A stretch of DNA of 64,000 nucleotides from an uncultured candidate division Zixibacteria bacterium (GTDB lineage: Bacteria; Zixibacteria; MSB-5A5; GN15; FEB-12): contig OY760907.1 in NCBI GenBank assembly GCA_963664195.1, positions 32,001-96,000 of the forward strand, in the 5' to 3' direction. The notes beneath the pieces were generated by a model. That model did not search any database. It was not told where the DNA came from and was given only the letters and a program-made list of their open reading frames with translations. A program made the translations under genes and the position numbers. Positions 1 through 10,272 of the stretch are shown piece by piece (the first letter of the stretch is position 1; each line of letters begins with the position of its first letter).

Positions 1-337
1 CGTCCACCGATATCTCCCCGCGTTCGATCAGAGCCAGCACATCGGCCTCAATCGGCGCTGATTCGATCTCCACAAAGTCAAGTTGCCCGCCGAGCCGGTT
101 CAGACGGTTCTTGATTGTTGGATAGCTGACCCCGAAAAACTGCTCCATCTGCTTGATTGACCCGTGGGAGCGGACAAACGCCGCCACAAAAACCTGGTCC
201 TCGGCAGAAAGGCGGGCCAACGGCGGCAACTCGAAATCACCCTCAATAGTAATCCCGGTTTTCTCCAACCGTACGCGCTCGACCCGAATCGCCCTGCTAC
301 CCGTCAATTCAGTCAGTTTGTGCCATTCCTGAGCCAT
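1..337 (-). CDS. DUF2089-family HTH protein (3' end runs off window)
   Basis: Not in ORF track. Manual translation from ATG 337 (RBS GAGGAG): MAQEWHKLTELTG...IEGDFELPPLARLSAEDQVFVAAFVRSHGSIKQMEQFFGVSYPTIKNRLNRL...LIERGEISVD, the GS(I/L)K...GVSYPT(I/V)xxRL signature of DUF2089. Confidence 0.8.
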   Translation of the reverse strand, partial: MAQEWHKLTELTGSRAIRVERVRLEKTGITIEGDFELPPLARLSAEDQVFVAAFVRSHGSIKQMEQFFGVSYPTIKNRLNRLGGQLDFVEIESAPIEADVLALIERGEISVD

Positions 338-436
338 CACATCTCCTCAGATATCGTTATTCTTCTTAACTATACGCACAATAATACAGAATGTTCATCT
401 GAATATTAAGTTTTTTAATCTTTCAGGGATAGATGT

Positions 437-473
437 AAAACAAAACCGCCCCGGGAGGTTCTCCGGGACGGTT
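437..473 (-). terminator. Intrinsic terminator after sod
   Basis: Minus strand AACCGTCCCGGAG-aac-CTCCCGGGGCGGTT followed by TTGTTTT. Confidence 0.7.
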
Positions 474-507
474 CTGCCATTGGATCAGGAAAGAGGTAAG
501 CTGAGGA

Positions 508-1113
508 TTACTTTTTCGCTGCGAGATAGTATTCGCTAACCTTCTCCCAGTTGATGACATTAAAAAAGGCGTCGACATACTCCGGGCGACGGTTTTGGTA
601 TTTGAGATAGTAAGCATGTTCCCAGACATCGAGCGCGAGAAGCGGGAATCGGCCGCTACTGAGCGGGGAATCCTGATTGGCGGTTCCCATAATGTCCAGC
701 TCGCCGTTATTCATGACCAGCCAGGCCCATCCGGAGCCAAACTGACCGGTTGCGGCGGCGCTGAACTTTGCCTTGAACTGCTCGAGGCCGCCAAATCTGG
801 CGCTAATCGCGTCAGCAGCCGGACCGGCAAACTTGATGTCCTTCTTGAGCAGAGTCCAAAACAGCTTGTGGTTGATGAAACCGCCACCATGATTGCGAAC
901 GGCGTTACGAATGCCTTCCGGCACCTTGCTCAGGTCGGAAATCAGCTTCTCGGCCGTGAGCGCCTGAAGGTCGGCGTGGCCGTCGAGGGCCTCGTTGAAC
1001 TTGTTGGTATATGCCTGATGATGCTTGGAGTGATGGATTTCCATGGTTTTGGCATCGATAAAAGGCTCCAGGGCATCGTAGGAGTATCCGAGTTCCGGTA
1101 GTGAGTGTGACAT
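508..1113 (-). CDS. sodA: Superoxide dismutase, Fe/Mn family (Mn-type signature)
   Basis: HHSKHH, NHGGG..NH, NQD and DVWEHAYYLKYQN motifs. Confidence 0.93.
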   Translation of the reverse strand: MSHSLPELGYSYDALEPFIDAKTMEIHHSKHHQAYTNKFNEALDGHADLQALTAEKLISDLSKVPEGIRNAVRNHGGGFINHKLFWTLLKKDIKFAGPAADAISARFGGLEQFKAKFSAAATGQFGSGWAWLVMNNGELDIMGTANQDSPLSSGRFPLLALDVWEHAYYLKYQNRRPEYVDAFFNVINWEKVSEYYLAAKK

Positions 1114-1327
1114 CTATTCGTTTCCTTCTGACTTATCAGTGTAATCCACGTCGTCTTATTACCCTTCTTAATGCCTCGAGGGGTCGAAAGGTTCCAACTA
1201 TCTTGGACCCAATAAGGCCATATTGCCAGAAGACCGCAATCTCCCCTATCGAGAACCGTTGCAGGTCGAAGTTTGCACTTGGCGACGCATCCTGAGTCCC
1301 TATATTGCCCACCAGACAGGAAGGACT

Positions 1328-2464
1328 ATGGCTCACAATACAAACAAACCGTGCCGCATCGCTTCATACTGTACGTCCGTGGCCTGGGGCGGGCTTGAAA
1401 TGAACGTGCTCCGCTTTCTCAAATGGATGCGACAACGCGGATGGGACACGCATCTGTTCACGCGACCGGATGCCCGCATGTTCGAGCAGGCCCCGAAATG
1501 GGGCGTCGACGCGACAGTCGTCAATTCCCGCATGAAGACCGGTGATCTCGTCAACGCCTGGCGTTTGTCACTGCTGTTGAAACGAAATCGGATCGACCGA
1601 CTTATCATCCATCAGAGCAGAGATATGTTTGTAGGCGTGTTTGCGAAGAAATTCTCCGGCGGGCGCGTCACACTCATCTACTCGCAGCACATGCACATCG
1701 GCGGCGACAAAAAAGACGCCTTCCACTCCTGGCTGTACAAGCATTTTGACGCCTGGGTCACCCCCGTCCAATGGCTGGCCGACCGTGTGCTCGAAAAAAC
1801 GACTCTCAACCCAAATCTGATCCATATCATCCCGCGCGGCATCGAGATGGACGACTTCACGGTAAATAAACCGACGCGCAACGAGGCGCGCAAACGTCTC
1901 GATCTGCCGGAGGATGCCTTTGTAATCGGAATTGTGGGACGGCTCGATCCAAAGAAGTGTCAGGATGTAGTTATCAAGGCACTGGCTCGAGTTATCGAGG
2001 CCGGACACGATGTCCATCTGGTTCTGGTCGGCGCACGGACGGTCAACGAGGGCGACGACTACGCGGCCTCCGTTCACAAGTTAGTGCCGGAGTTGGGGTT
2101 GTCAGATCGAGTGCATTTCCGTGGTCACGATCCCGAGGTCCAGTACGCATACGCGGCTTTGGATATCTTTGTGCTGGCCTCGCAGTCGGAGTGCTACGGC
2201 ATGGTGACGATTGAGGCGATGTCGTCCGGGTTGCCGGTGATTGGGACCAACGACGGCGGCACGGTCAGTTTGATCACTCCCGAGAAGACAGGGTTGCTGG
2301 TAACGCCGAAGGATGTCGATGAATTGACGGCCGCCCTGATTCGTTTTGTTGAAGAGCCGGAGTTCACCCGAACTCTTGCGCACAACGCAGGCGAGGAAGC
2401 GAAAACTCGATTCTCGCACCTCAGTCAGTGTGAGGCGTGGGAGCGGTTGCTGCCGGAGTTGTAG
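1328..2464 (+). CDS. Glycosyltransferase family 4 (GT-B)
   Basis: WGGLE N-terminal motif, VGRLDPKKCQ, ECYGMVTIEAM (ExxGxxxxEA). ATG 1328 after GGAAGGA preferred over ORF-track start 1223. Confidence 0.9.
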   Translation: MAHNTNKPCRIASYCTSVAWGGLEMNVLRFLKWMRQRGWDTHLFTRPDARMFEQAPKWGVDATVVNSRMKTGDLVNAWRLSLLLKRNRIDRLIIHQSRDMFVGVFAKKFSGGRVTLIYSQHMHIGGDKKDAFHSWLYKHFDAWVTPVQWLADRVLEKTTLNPNLIHIIPRGIEMDDFTVNKPTRNEARKRLDLPEDAFVIGIVGRLDPKKCQDVVIKALARVIEAGHDVHLVLVGARTVNEGDDYAASVHKLVPELGLSDRVHFRGHDPEVQYAYAALDIFVLASQSECYGMVTIEAMSSGLPVIGTNDGGTVSLITPEKTGLLVTPKDVDELTAALIRFVEEPEFTRTLAHNAGEEAKTRFSHLSQCEAWERLLPEL

Positions 2465-2485
2465 GGCGCATCGGTCCGGACCGGA

Positions 2486-2515
2486 TGTCAAAGCCGCAGG
2501 GATTTCGCCCCGCAA
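2486..2515. repeat. Degenerate copy of REP-like element
   Basis: TGTCAAAGCCGCAGGGATTTCGCCCCGCAA matches 56333-56362 at 22/30 positions by manual alignment; lies between convergent genes. Confidence 0.4.
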
Positions 2516-2531
2516 ACCAGAGCACATCCCC

Positions 2532-4055
2532 CTACGGGCACGGAGGCAGGGGAGTCAGGCTGATAAACAAATGATCGATCAACACCGTCAAATCGGCCAT
2601 CGTGGCAAGGCCGTCCGCGCTCATATCCGTATTGCCCTCTGCAGGACACGGCAGCGGCGCAAAACCGATAAACAAATGATCGATTAGCACCACCAAATCC
2701 CCCATCGTCACCAGATTATCTGATGACTGATCGACATTCCCGACCACACCAACACAACAGCAAGCATCGCCGATTCCATCACCGTCCGAATCCACCTGAT
2801 CGGCATTGGCCACGGACAAGCAGTTGTCAAACAGATTGATCACCCCGTCTCCGTCCGTGTCGCCACCTTGATAGAAAAGCTGGCTCATCACCGAACGGGT
2901 ACCTGTGTATGATTCACTATTCGTCAGGCAAATCGCCCCGGACCGATCTGCCGCACACCAGGCATGGTCGGTATTCACGCCCTGATCTGCGCCTCCGTGA
3001 CGCCAGTAGGCTCGCCCGCTGGAATTCGAGGCATACCAGGCCAGCGCCTGACCGGAATGTACCGATGGGTACTGCACGGTTGTCAGTGTATCAATCGTTG
3101 CGGCGTCGAGCACACGTACTCCCCCGGCCTGACCGTGCTCGGTGCACACTATCAGATGTTGGGCTAGATCGTGGACGTTTGACCGCAGCGCCCCGGCCGG
3201 ATAGTCGGCGTAACCAAAATGCCCGTATGGAATGTATGAGTAGCCCGTCGAGCGATACGGCATCGCAACATTGTTCGTATCCAGCCCTGCCAGAAACCAC
3301 GACGTGTGGTTCATCCCCAGCGGAGTGAACAGCGAGTCGTTGCAATACTGGTCGAAGGGAATGCCGGTGATTGCCTGCACGAGATACCCGACCAACACAA
3401 ACCCGTGGTTGCAGTAATCCCATCGCGTCGCAGGTGCCCAGAGATTGAAGTTTTTCGCCGAATCGTAGTACACGCCTCCGGGGACGAAGTAATCCGCCAC
3501 GTACTCCTCGAGTGGAATCGGTGTATCTCCCTCACAATAGGTCGATGACATGACGTCCCAATTGTCGTTTAAGCTCGAGGTATGCGCAAGAATCTGACGA
3601 AAGGTAATTGCTGAGCCGGGGAAATTCGGATTGATGATGTCAATCGGCAGGTAGTCACTGATATTATCGTCCAGCGCAAACTCTCCCCTCTCCCACAACT
3701 GCATCAGCGCCGCGGTGCCAACAGTTTTCGAGATCGAGGCCAGCATGAACATGGTTGAGTCGTTGACAGGGATGTTGCGTTCGATATTGGCCAGTCCGTA
3801 GGAGCCGGTCCACACCAGTTCGCCGTTCTTGATTATCCCGGCGGCAAGACCGGGGATATTGTAAGTCTCCATGCGACGAATAATGGCAGAATCCAGAAGT
3901 TGAAGGTTCGGATTCTCGCCGTCGGGAATAAGAAACCCCGATGACCCGACAGAAAGACTGTCGGCTTCGATGGGCCGAACGGCGGTGTCTTCTCCGGCAA
4001 ACGAAACACTTATGGCACAGAAAATGCAAATCGTCGAATACCAGAGGGATTTCAT
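2532..4055 (-). CDS. Secreted serine hydrolase (beta-lactamase class C/PBP-like) + thrombospondin type-3 repeat + C-terminal dockerin
   Basis: Signal peptide MKSLWY...SFA; SxxK (ASISK), YxN (YCN), HGG; DTDGDG..DNC...NADQVDSDGDGIGDAC; dockerin duplication. Start 4055 preferred over 4157. Confidence 0.87.
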   Translation of the reverse strand: MKSLWYSTICIFCAISVSFAGEDTAVRPIEADSLSVGSSGFLIPDGENPNLQLLDSAIIRRMETYNIPGLAAGIIKNGELVWTGSYGLANIERNIPVNDSTMFMLASISKTVGTAALMQLWERGEFALDDNISDYLPIDIINPNFPGSAITFRQILAHTSSLNDNWDVMSSTYCEGDTPIPLEEYVADYFVPGGVYYDSAKNFNLWAPATRWDYCNHGFVLVGYLVQAITGIPFDQYCNDSLFTPLGMNHTSWFLAGLDTNNVAMPYRSTGYSYIPYGHFGYADYPAGALRSNVHDLAQHLIVCTEHGQAGGVRVLDAATIDTLTTVQYPSVHSGQALAWYASNSSGRAYWRHGGADQGVNTDHAWCAADRSGAICLTNSESYTGTRSVMSQLFYQGGDTDGDGVINLFDNCLSVANADQVDSDGDGIGDACCCVGVVGNVDQSSDNLVTMGDLVVLIDHLFIGFAPLPCPAEGNTDMSADGLATMADLTVLIDHLFISLTPLPPCP

Positions 4056-4085
4056 AATCGCCCTTTCAGATTGTGGCAAAACCAA

Positions 4086-4180
4086 GGGTGGCCCCTTCAA
4101 ACTTGTTTGGAGGGGTCTGCACTTCCCACCTGAGACGGGCGGGCTGCCGGATGACAAAACCGTAGGGGTTCTGACCTACA
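4086..4180. repeat. Two oppositely oriented REP-like hairpins
   Basis: Plus strand GGGTGG-CCCCTTCAAAC-tt-GTTTGGAGGGG (4086-4115); minus strand TGTAG-GTCAGAACC-cctac-GGTTTTGTC (4153-4180), the same family as the 56283-56450 cluster. Confidence 0.6.
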
Positions 4181-4199
4181 AATAAAAGCTCATCCCCGT

Positions 4200-6515
4200 C
4201 TATGGACATGGTGGCAGCGGATTGAGGCTGATAAACAGCGCGTCGATCAGCACCGTCAAATCACCCATCGTCACAAGGCCATCAACACTCATATCGACAT
4301 TCCCCTCTGCAACGCACGTCAAAGGCGTCAGGCTGATAAACAAGTGGTCGATTAGCACGGTCAGATCTCCCATCGTCACCAGCATGTCAGCAGAGTTGTC
4401 GACATTGCCGACCGAGGGGCCCTGGCAGCAATTCAGTGAAACAAGCCCGTTGTTGGTCACTGGCTCGTACTCGCCGGCGTACGTGACAAACTGCGGGGCG
4501 AATTGATTGTAACTAATAATCCTCACCGAATCCTGATCCGCCCCGGGCGATATCGGCATGGTGAAAAACAGCGACACGATCGGCCCGTCTCCCGGTTCGA
4601 GCGGCGGCTGCGATCCGGAGTTTGAAGCAACAAGTCCCACCGCGGCCTTGTGGCCGAAGTAGTCGTAATTGGCCTGGGTTTGCTGCTCGAAATACTCCGT
4701 CCGAAGACCGGCGGTGGAGAACGAATCGTACTCGATTCCCATCGGGCCGGCCCAGGTAAACGGAATCATAATCTCATCCAGCGGCAGGTAGTTTCTTGCA
4801 TAGACGTCGATTTGCAGCGTTGATTCGGCCACCCCGATTGTGTTCAAGACCGTCATCGTATCGGCATACACTGCAATCATGTCTTTGCGCGATCTCGTGA
4901 ACTCCCCGGCCGGAAGATCAGCCGTCATGGAAACGGTGTAGCTGCCGGGTGTCAGAAAATCATGAGTCGGGTCCTGATCGCTCGATATGCCGCCGTCGCC
5001 AAAATCCCAATCCCAGACAGTCGCGTCGGTCGAGAGGTCGGTAAACCCTACAGAATGTGGCGCCGGACCGAGCACAATATCGGCGGAGAAATCGATGAAT
5101 GGCTTGTCGGTATTGGCATAGGCGGCATTGTCTGAGCCCCAGTCGGAAATCGCCAGATCGGCCCAATAGGAAAATCGATAGAATATCTGAATGTCAGTCG
5201 AGGGCGCCTCGCCGAGCGACACCCATCCGGAGATGAGATCGAAGCAGTAGTCTTCGTAGTCAAGCAGCGCTCCACCGACATACACAGAATCGATCTCGTA
5301 CAGCGGTGTACGCTCGGTATAGAACAGCTTACGGCTCCCGTCGCCGGCAATCGTGTCAACAAACGACTGAACGCCGTGGCCGGTGACGTCCACCCACGCC
5401 AGTTCCTCGGCGACGTGTGAAACGTTGCTCATCCATACCGGCGTGGACGTGAACGTGCTTCCGGTGTTTTCGTATACCAGTATCCGATGGAACCATCGCC
5501 CCGCAGCCAGGTCCTGATCGCCGTCGTCGTCGTAATCGTACAGGGCCAGCGCTGCGCCGTAGCCCCCATCGGCGGATTGCCAGCCGAAGTCGGAGTCGAG
5601 CGTCCCTGTACCGTCGTTGAAATAGACCGCGAACAGGCCGTTGCCGCCCGTCTGATCGTTGTAGGCGACGATCAGATCCAACCAACCGTCGCCGTTGACA
5701 TCGCCGAAAATCAGTGTATTGCCGGATTCAGATGTTGAGGCCTGCCATGACGGTGTCGTTTCCAGAGTGCCGTTGTTGTTGTAGTAAACGGAGGTTGCAC
5801 GGCCGCTGGAATACGTGAAGGCCATATCCAAATCACCGTCATTGTCGACATCACCGAACGTCACGTCCATACCCGTCGTAGCCGAGGATGACTGCCAGCC
5901 GGGGGTCGATGAAAAGCTGCCGCCCTCGTTAAAGTAGATGACATCGCGGGAGTAGATGCCGTTGTATCCCTCACCGGTGGCGAACGCGATATCCAGATCG
6001 CCGTCTCCGTCAACGTCGCCCAATGCATTCGAGAACGAGTATATCGAGTCCGGCGTGTACCAGTCCGGCGCGATCGACGGCAGGGGTCCGTCATTGTAGT
6101 ACAAGTCACTGAGGTTGGCATAATCCCAGTTGATACCGAGATAATTGGCCACGATAAAATCCGGGTAGCCGTCGTCGTCGATATCCCCCACTGCACAATG
6201 GCCGGAGTATTCTTCGTTAGTCGAGAACCATGATGCTGCGCCCGGCATCGTTCCGTGATCTGACAGATAGATCATGTTGGGCGACTGCGTAATATCGTTC
6301 CCGTTGGCAAAGAAGACATCAATGTAGCCATCACGGTTACAATCTCGCCAGATCATGCCGGTGGTGGTTACGTTGGTCTCAGAGGTCCCCCAGAACGAGC
6401 TTGTTTCGAGCGGAGGCGGACCGGCGAAGGGAGCAGCGGACAGAGTCAGAACCAGACAGAATGCGAACAACGTGCTGAACGACGGTCTTGATGTGAGCGG
6501 GCGAAGGTACACCAT
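4200..6515 (-). CDS. Secreted FG-GAP/VCBS beta-propeller protein + PKD + cohesin-like domain + dockerin
   Basis: Signal peptide; repeated GD(V/I)DxDGDLD motifs; PKD WDWDFGDG; shared ~140 aa domain YDSFSTAGLRTEYFE; dockerin. Confidence 0.85.
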   Translation of the reverse strand: MVYLRPLTSRPSFSTLFAFCLVLTLSAAPFAGPPPLETSSFWGTSETNVTTTGMIWRDCNRDGYIDVFFANGNDITQSPNMIYLSDHGTMPGAASWFSTNEEYSGHCAVGDIDDDGYPDFIVANYLGINWDYANLSDLYYNDGPLPSIAPDWYTPDSIYSFSNALGDVDGDGDLDIAFATGEGYNGIYSRDVIYFNEGGSFSSTPGWQSSSATTGMDVTFGDVDNDGDLDMAFTYSSGRATSVYYNNNGTLETTPSWQASTSESGNTLIFGDVNGDGWLDLIVAYNDQTGGNGLFAVYFNDGTGTLDSDFGWQSADGGYGAALALYDYDDDGDQDLAAGRWFHRILVYENTGSTFTSTPVWMSNVSHVAEELAWVDVTGHGVQSFVDTIAGDGSRKLFYTERTPLYEIDSVYVGGALLDYEDYCFDLISGWVSLGEAPSTDIQIFYRFSYWADLAISDWGSDNAAYANTDKPFIDFSADIVLGPAPHSVGFTDLSTDATVWDWDFGDGGISSDQDPTHDFLTPGSYTVSMTADLPAGEFTRSRKDMIAVYADTMTVLNTIGVAESTLQIDVYARNYLPLDEIMIPFTWAGPMGIEYDSFSTAGLRTEYFEQQTQANYDYFGHKAAVGLVASNSGSQPPLEPGDGPIVSLFFTMPISPGADQDSVRIISYNQFAPQFVTYAGEYEPVTNNGLVSLNCCQGPSVGNVDNSADMLVTMGDLTVLIDHLFISLTPLTCVAEGNVDMSVDGLVTMGDLTVLIDALFISLNPLPPCP

Positions 6516-6751
6516 AGGTATCCCCTGGGGTTTGGAAGGGTGTCGCTACAGTACAGACGGACTCGCCGGGCAAACGTGTAACCGAAATCGGCGAGTGCAA
6601 GCAATCTCATTTGCGGGCCGGACGGTTCTCGCCGACAGGCTCGGGTTGAGATCGCAAAACGTAATGGTATTTCGGCCCGTGAGGGCGGGAAAGTACTGTC
6701 ACGACACGGTTTTAGTCGTTTAGGATAAGATAAGCGGAGAGGGCGTTTGTG

Positions 6752-7854
6752 TCAAACGCCGGAGGGGGAATGGAGAAGGGCCGCCTCGGTTTGCCCCGTG
6801 TTCTTGTCGATGTAGTGGAGGTAGCCTTCATACTTGATCGTACCCTGTTGCGGGGTAAACCAAGGAGAGAAGGCGTTATTATTGATTTGCCAGCCGTCGT
6901 CAGGAACGCCGTCCTGCACAACTTCAGCCCCCACCCTGTGTTCCTCCGAATCTGACCATGTGTACGGGACATCCAGGATATACTGCGTTTCATTGTGCGA
7001 CAACCCGTCGAAGTGCTCTTCCCAGAAAAGCGTCATTCCCTTCTCTCGGTCGAAGTCGTACAAACTGACGGTGAAGCCTTCAGATGGCGTTATTGGCCCG
7101 AAGTTCACGACCGCGACATCTATATAGGCCTCCTGCCCCTTGGTGATGACGTCCTGGTTCTGCGTGTGTTCATCCTTGGACACCACGACATATCCAGGCC
7201 AGTCGGGTGGAACACAGAAGCCCAAATCGGCGGACGTAGGAGATACTTGTGGTGACGTCGTCCCACGCTGATTCGAGATACCGGGGATTAGTACTACCTT
7301 GGTCGTAGGCCCGGTCACCGTGTCGCGCGGCAACTTTCTGCGAGGCGGTAGCTTCTGCGCGGCTTAGGCTCGTGTGGCAGAGGCGGGCGGTACATCTTCT
7401 GAGGACGACCCCGCCAGTACTCAATGCTGTCCTCGGTATTGACGAAGTAGTAGGGACAGTCCAGCCACCAGTCGCCGCAAGAAACTCGAACTACAATGGA
7501 ACTCGTATCATTGGGTGGAATCCGCAGATCAAGCGTCTTGGTGAACGTTGGTCGCTTCTCCTTCTCAATAAAGAACGGCTGGATAGTTTCGGGGAAGCTG
7601 ACTTCCTCGCTCCATGACTCGACCCCGTCATACTCGACCCCTTCTCCCGGCATGACGGTGGCAGCAACATGCGAACACCTGATGAACGCTACCTCCATGA
7701 CGAAATCGACCGTGACGGAGCCATCCACTTCGTCATAGGACCTGGGAATGTACTTGTAGTGCACTCGGTGAGATGCCTCAATCGACCCTGGTACTGCAAC
7801 CAGCGCCACCAAAACCCAGGGCAACGCGAATGCGGCTCGGAACAGATACTTCAT
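6752..7854 (-). pseudogene. Frameshifted and apparently 3'-truncated secreted protein with CARDB-like Ig domain
   Basis: ATG 7854 with GGGGAGG RBS and signal peptide. ORFs 7315..7878 and 6752..7333 join if one A is restored at ~7353. Downstream part has CARDB-like pattern (ADL...VVNFG...F.VSLY...NNN). Confidence 0.65.
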
Positions 7855-7921
7855 CAGATTCCTCCCCTGATTAGGCATTAAATGCGCAGCGTAATGCTAC
7901 ATATCGGACCACCTTATCCAT

Positions 7922-7950
7922 ATACTACAATCTCCGTCAGGTTCTGTCAA
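7922..7950 (-). promoter_or_regulatory. Sigma70-type promoter
   Basis: TTGACA-17 nt-TAGTAT upstream of ATG 7854. Confidence 0.65.
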
Positions 7951-7960
7951 CCCCTTATAC

Positions 7961-7996
7961 AAACAAAACCGTGGCCCCGGTGAAGGAGCCACGGTT
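7961..7996 (-). terminator. Intrinsic terminator after C1A peptidase gene
   Basis: AACCGTGGCTCC-ttcacc-GGGGCCACGGTT then TTGTTT. Confidence 0.75.
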
Positions 7997-8036
7997 GAAG
8001 TTCGTCTCTGTCAGTGCCCGGAAAGGCCGCCGGTGC

Positions 8037-9902
8037 TTACGGGCACGGCGGAAGCGGATCGAGGCTGATGAACAGGTGATCGATCATAATCGTCAGGTCG
8101 GCCATGGTCACAAGATTGTCGAAACTCAGATCAACGTTGCCTTCGTCCACGCAGACGAGCGGCATCAGGCTAATAAACAGGTGATCAATCAGGACAGTCA
8201 GATCTCCCATCGTCACCAAATTGTCGAGGGAGCCATCGACATTGCCAACCGAAGGTCCGGTGCAGCAAGTCAGGCCGGCGGAAACCGATCCTGAATTGAT
8301 GGTCGGCTCGTAGTTGCCGGCATCGCAGTAGAAGGATGGGCTGAACGTAGTGCTGCCGGAGGTGTACTCCTCGACTCGTACCGGATTGACGCCGGAAGCA
8401 CCGGAAGGGATCGTAAACCAGATGCTCAGAACCGGACCGGAACCTGGAGCAAGGTACGGCTGTGAGCCGCTGTTGGAACAGTTCAGGAAGAACGTGACTT
8501 TGTCGTTCCAGTAATCGAAATGCTCCTGCATCTTCTGTTCGAAGTAGTCGGTGCGAAGACCGGCGGTGCTGAAGGAATCATAGACAATACCCAGCGGGCC
8601 ATCGAACTGGACCGGGATCCTGATTTCCTTGATATCGAGGAAGTTCCTCGCATAGACGTCGACCTTCACTGGTTGTCCGGCATCGCCGACTTCCTCCGCC
8701 ATGGTCATGGTGTCAGAGTGCACAGCGATGAAATTCTCAAACGTACGATTCATGGTGCCATGCGGCGTCTCCACAATAGCCTGCACGTCGAATACGCCGG
8801 TCTGCGTGTACGTGTGCGAGATAGTCGGCCCGGCGCCGTATTCACCGTCGCCGAATCCCCAATCCGCGTCTTCCACGGAGTCACGCGGGGCCACAGCTTC
8901 AAAGTTGACGTTCAGCGGCCGCTGACCGAGCGCCGTATTCACATCCAGCACGATTGGCTGGTAGTAAGCTCGTGACGGGTTGCTTCCAACGCTGCAACAG
9001 CCGTATTCGATTCTCATGTAGCCGCTGCCATTGGGGTAACCGTTGGTTTCACCCCAACCGCCCCAGGAATTCCTGAGGAACCAAACACCACCGGTACCCT
9101 GATTATCGTCCCAACCTACCAGCACGACGGCGTGGTTGGTCGGACCTGACTCATGAAGGTTATAAACGCCGCCGTTGTACGAAGGCCAGGTTGTCTCGTT
9201 GGCACGGACTGAGACATACACCGGGCCGTAGTCAATAATGGCCTGTTGAATCTCGGCCACCGACGCCGTGACATTGCCCCACGATTCGAGCCAGTAATGG
9301 TGCTCATACGGGCAGTTGCACGTGCCTTCGACTTGCGTATACTCTTCATCCTCTTCCAACACCGCCCCGTTTCCGCCACAGGGATCGGACGTACTGATGA
9401 ACATGTTGTGCGCGCTGAAACCGCCGTCGCAACCGTAACCCCAGGGGTTACAGTCGAGTACCCATTGTTCTGAGAGATCCACCTCGTAGTTGCCGTCTTT
9501 CGTGGCAATCTGGCACTCCAGTACCCCCGTTGTGGCGAAAGCCCAACAGGAGCCGCAATCACCCTGATCCTTGGCAATAGGCAGGATACAGGAGTCGCGC
9601 CAATCGAACCGATCCGGCAAGGCGCGGGTAACTTTCGAGACCGGAACCGGAGCCGGGTTGTCAGCGGGCGCCAGAGTCGGGTCAAAGCCGCAAAGCTGGT
9701 CGATTGTACGTCCGGTGGCATCGGTCACGCCCACAGTGAACGTCCAGCCCTCTTTCTTGCCGCGCTCCTGGAGGGCAGCGATATCGTCAGAGGTTACTTC
9801 ACCAAAAACCGGCGCAACGGCCAGAACGCAGGCCAGAAGGACGATAACGGTAGCGATTCCAAAAAAGCGCTGTTTTGTTCTACTGGTTAGCAGATGTGAC
9901 AC
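8037..9902 (-). CDS. Secreted papain-family (C1A) cysteine peptidase + PKD + cohesin-like + dockerin
   Basis: QGDCGSCWAF, NHAVVLVGW, RNSWG; DLSEQ; signal peptide and propeptide; GTG start after AAGGAG. Confidence 0.92.
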   Translation of the reverse strand: MSHLLTSRTKQRFFGIATVIVLLACVLAVAPVFGEVTSDDIAALQERGKKEGWTFTVGVTDATGRTIDQLCGFDPTLAPADNPAPVPVSKVTRALPDRFDWRDSCILPIAKDQGDCGSCWAFATTGVLECQIATKDGNYEVDLSEQWVLDCNPWGYGCDGGFSAHNMFISTSDPCGGNGAVLEEDEEYTQVEGTCNCPYEHHYWLESWGNVTASVAEIQQAIIDYGPVYVSVRANETTWPSYNGGVYNLHESGPTNHAVVLVGWDDNQGTGGVWFLRNSWGGWGETNGYPNGSGYMRIEYGCCSVGSNPSRAYYQPIVLDVNTALGQRPLNVNFEAVAPRDSVEDADWGFGDGEYGAGPTISHTYTQTGVFDVQAIVETPHGTMNRTFENFIAVHSDTMTMAEEVGDAGQPVKVDVYARNFLDIKEIRIPVQFDGPLGIVYDSFSTAGLRTDYFEQKMQEHFDYWNDKVTFFLNCSNSGSQPYLAPGSGPVLSIWFTIPSGASGVNPVRVEEYTSGSTTFSPSFYCDAGNYEPTINSGSVSAGLTCCTGPSVGNVDGSLDNLVTMGDLTVLIDHLFISLMPLVCVDEGNVDLSFDNLVTMADLTIMIDHLFISLDPLPPCP

Positions 9903-10052
9903 AGCGGGCTCCTTTCATGTAAGCTGAGAGGTGGGAACGGTTTCGACGGAAGGGTACATTAATGATACGTTTCCCGGCCCCTGAATCGGGGAGTGAGGCC
10001 AGAGGCAGGAAATGCGCTAAGTTCCTATCAATATGACATACTAACATAGACT

Positions 10053-10081
10053 AATATAGAGACCATGAGTCCGTTTGTCAA
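10053..10081 (-). promoter_or_regulatory. Sigma70-type promoter for the 9902 peptidase gene
   Basis: TTGACA-17 nt-TATATT, implying a ~145 nt 5' leader. Confidence 0.6.
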
Positions 10082-10272
10082 GCACTCTTCGTCACACAGG
10101 CCCGCCGATGCACTCAAAAAACCCGATAACGGGCAACTCGACAACAACTTGGGCCTTATTTCACGGCGGTCAGCCGCCTATTTCTTTCTATCGACAGTTG
10201 CCGGAAATGCCATAGCAGGGAGACGGTCCGGACCGGCAATTGAACCAACAACCTGCTCAGATTCCGACCAAC

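Noticed and set aside
6565..6605. GGGCAAAC...GAAA...GCAAG resembling a c-di-GMP-I riboswitch
   Set aside because: Stem arms around GAAA do not pair, no second hairpin, and it is on the strand opposite to the adjacent genes
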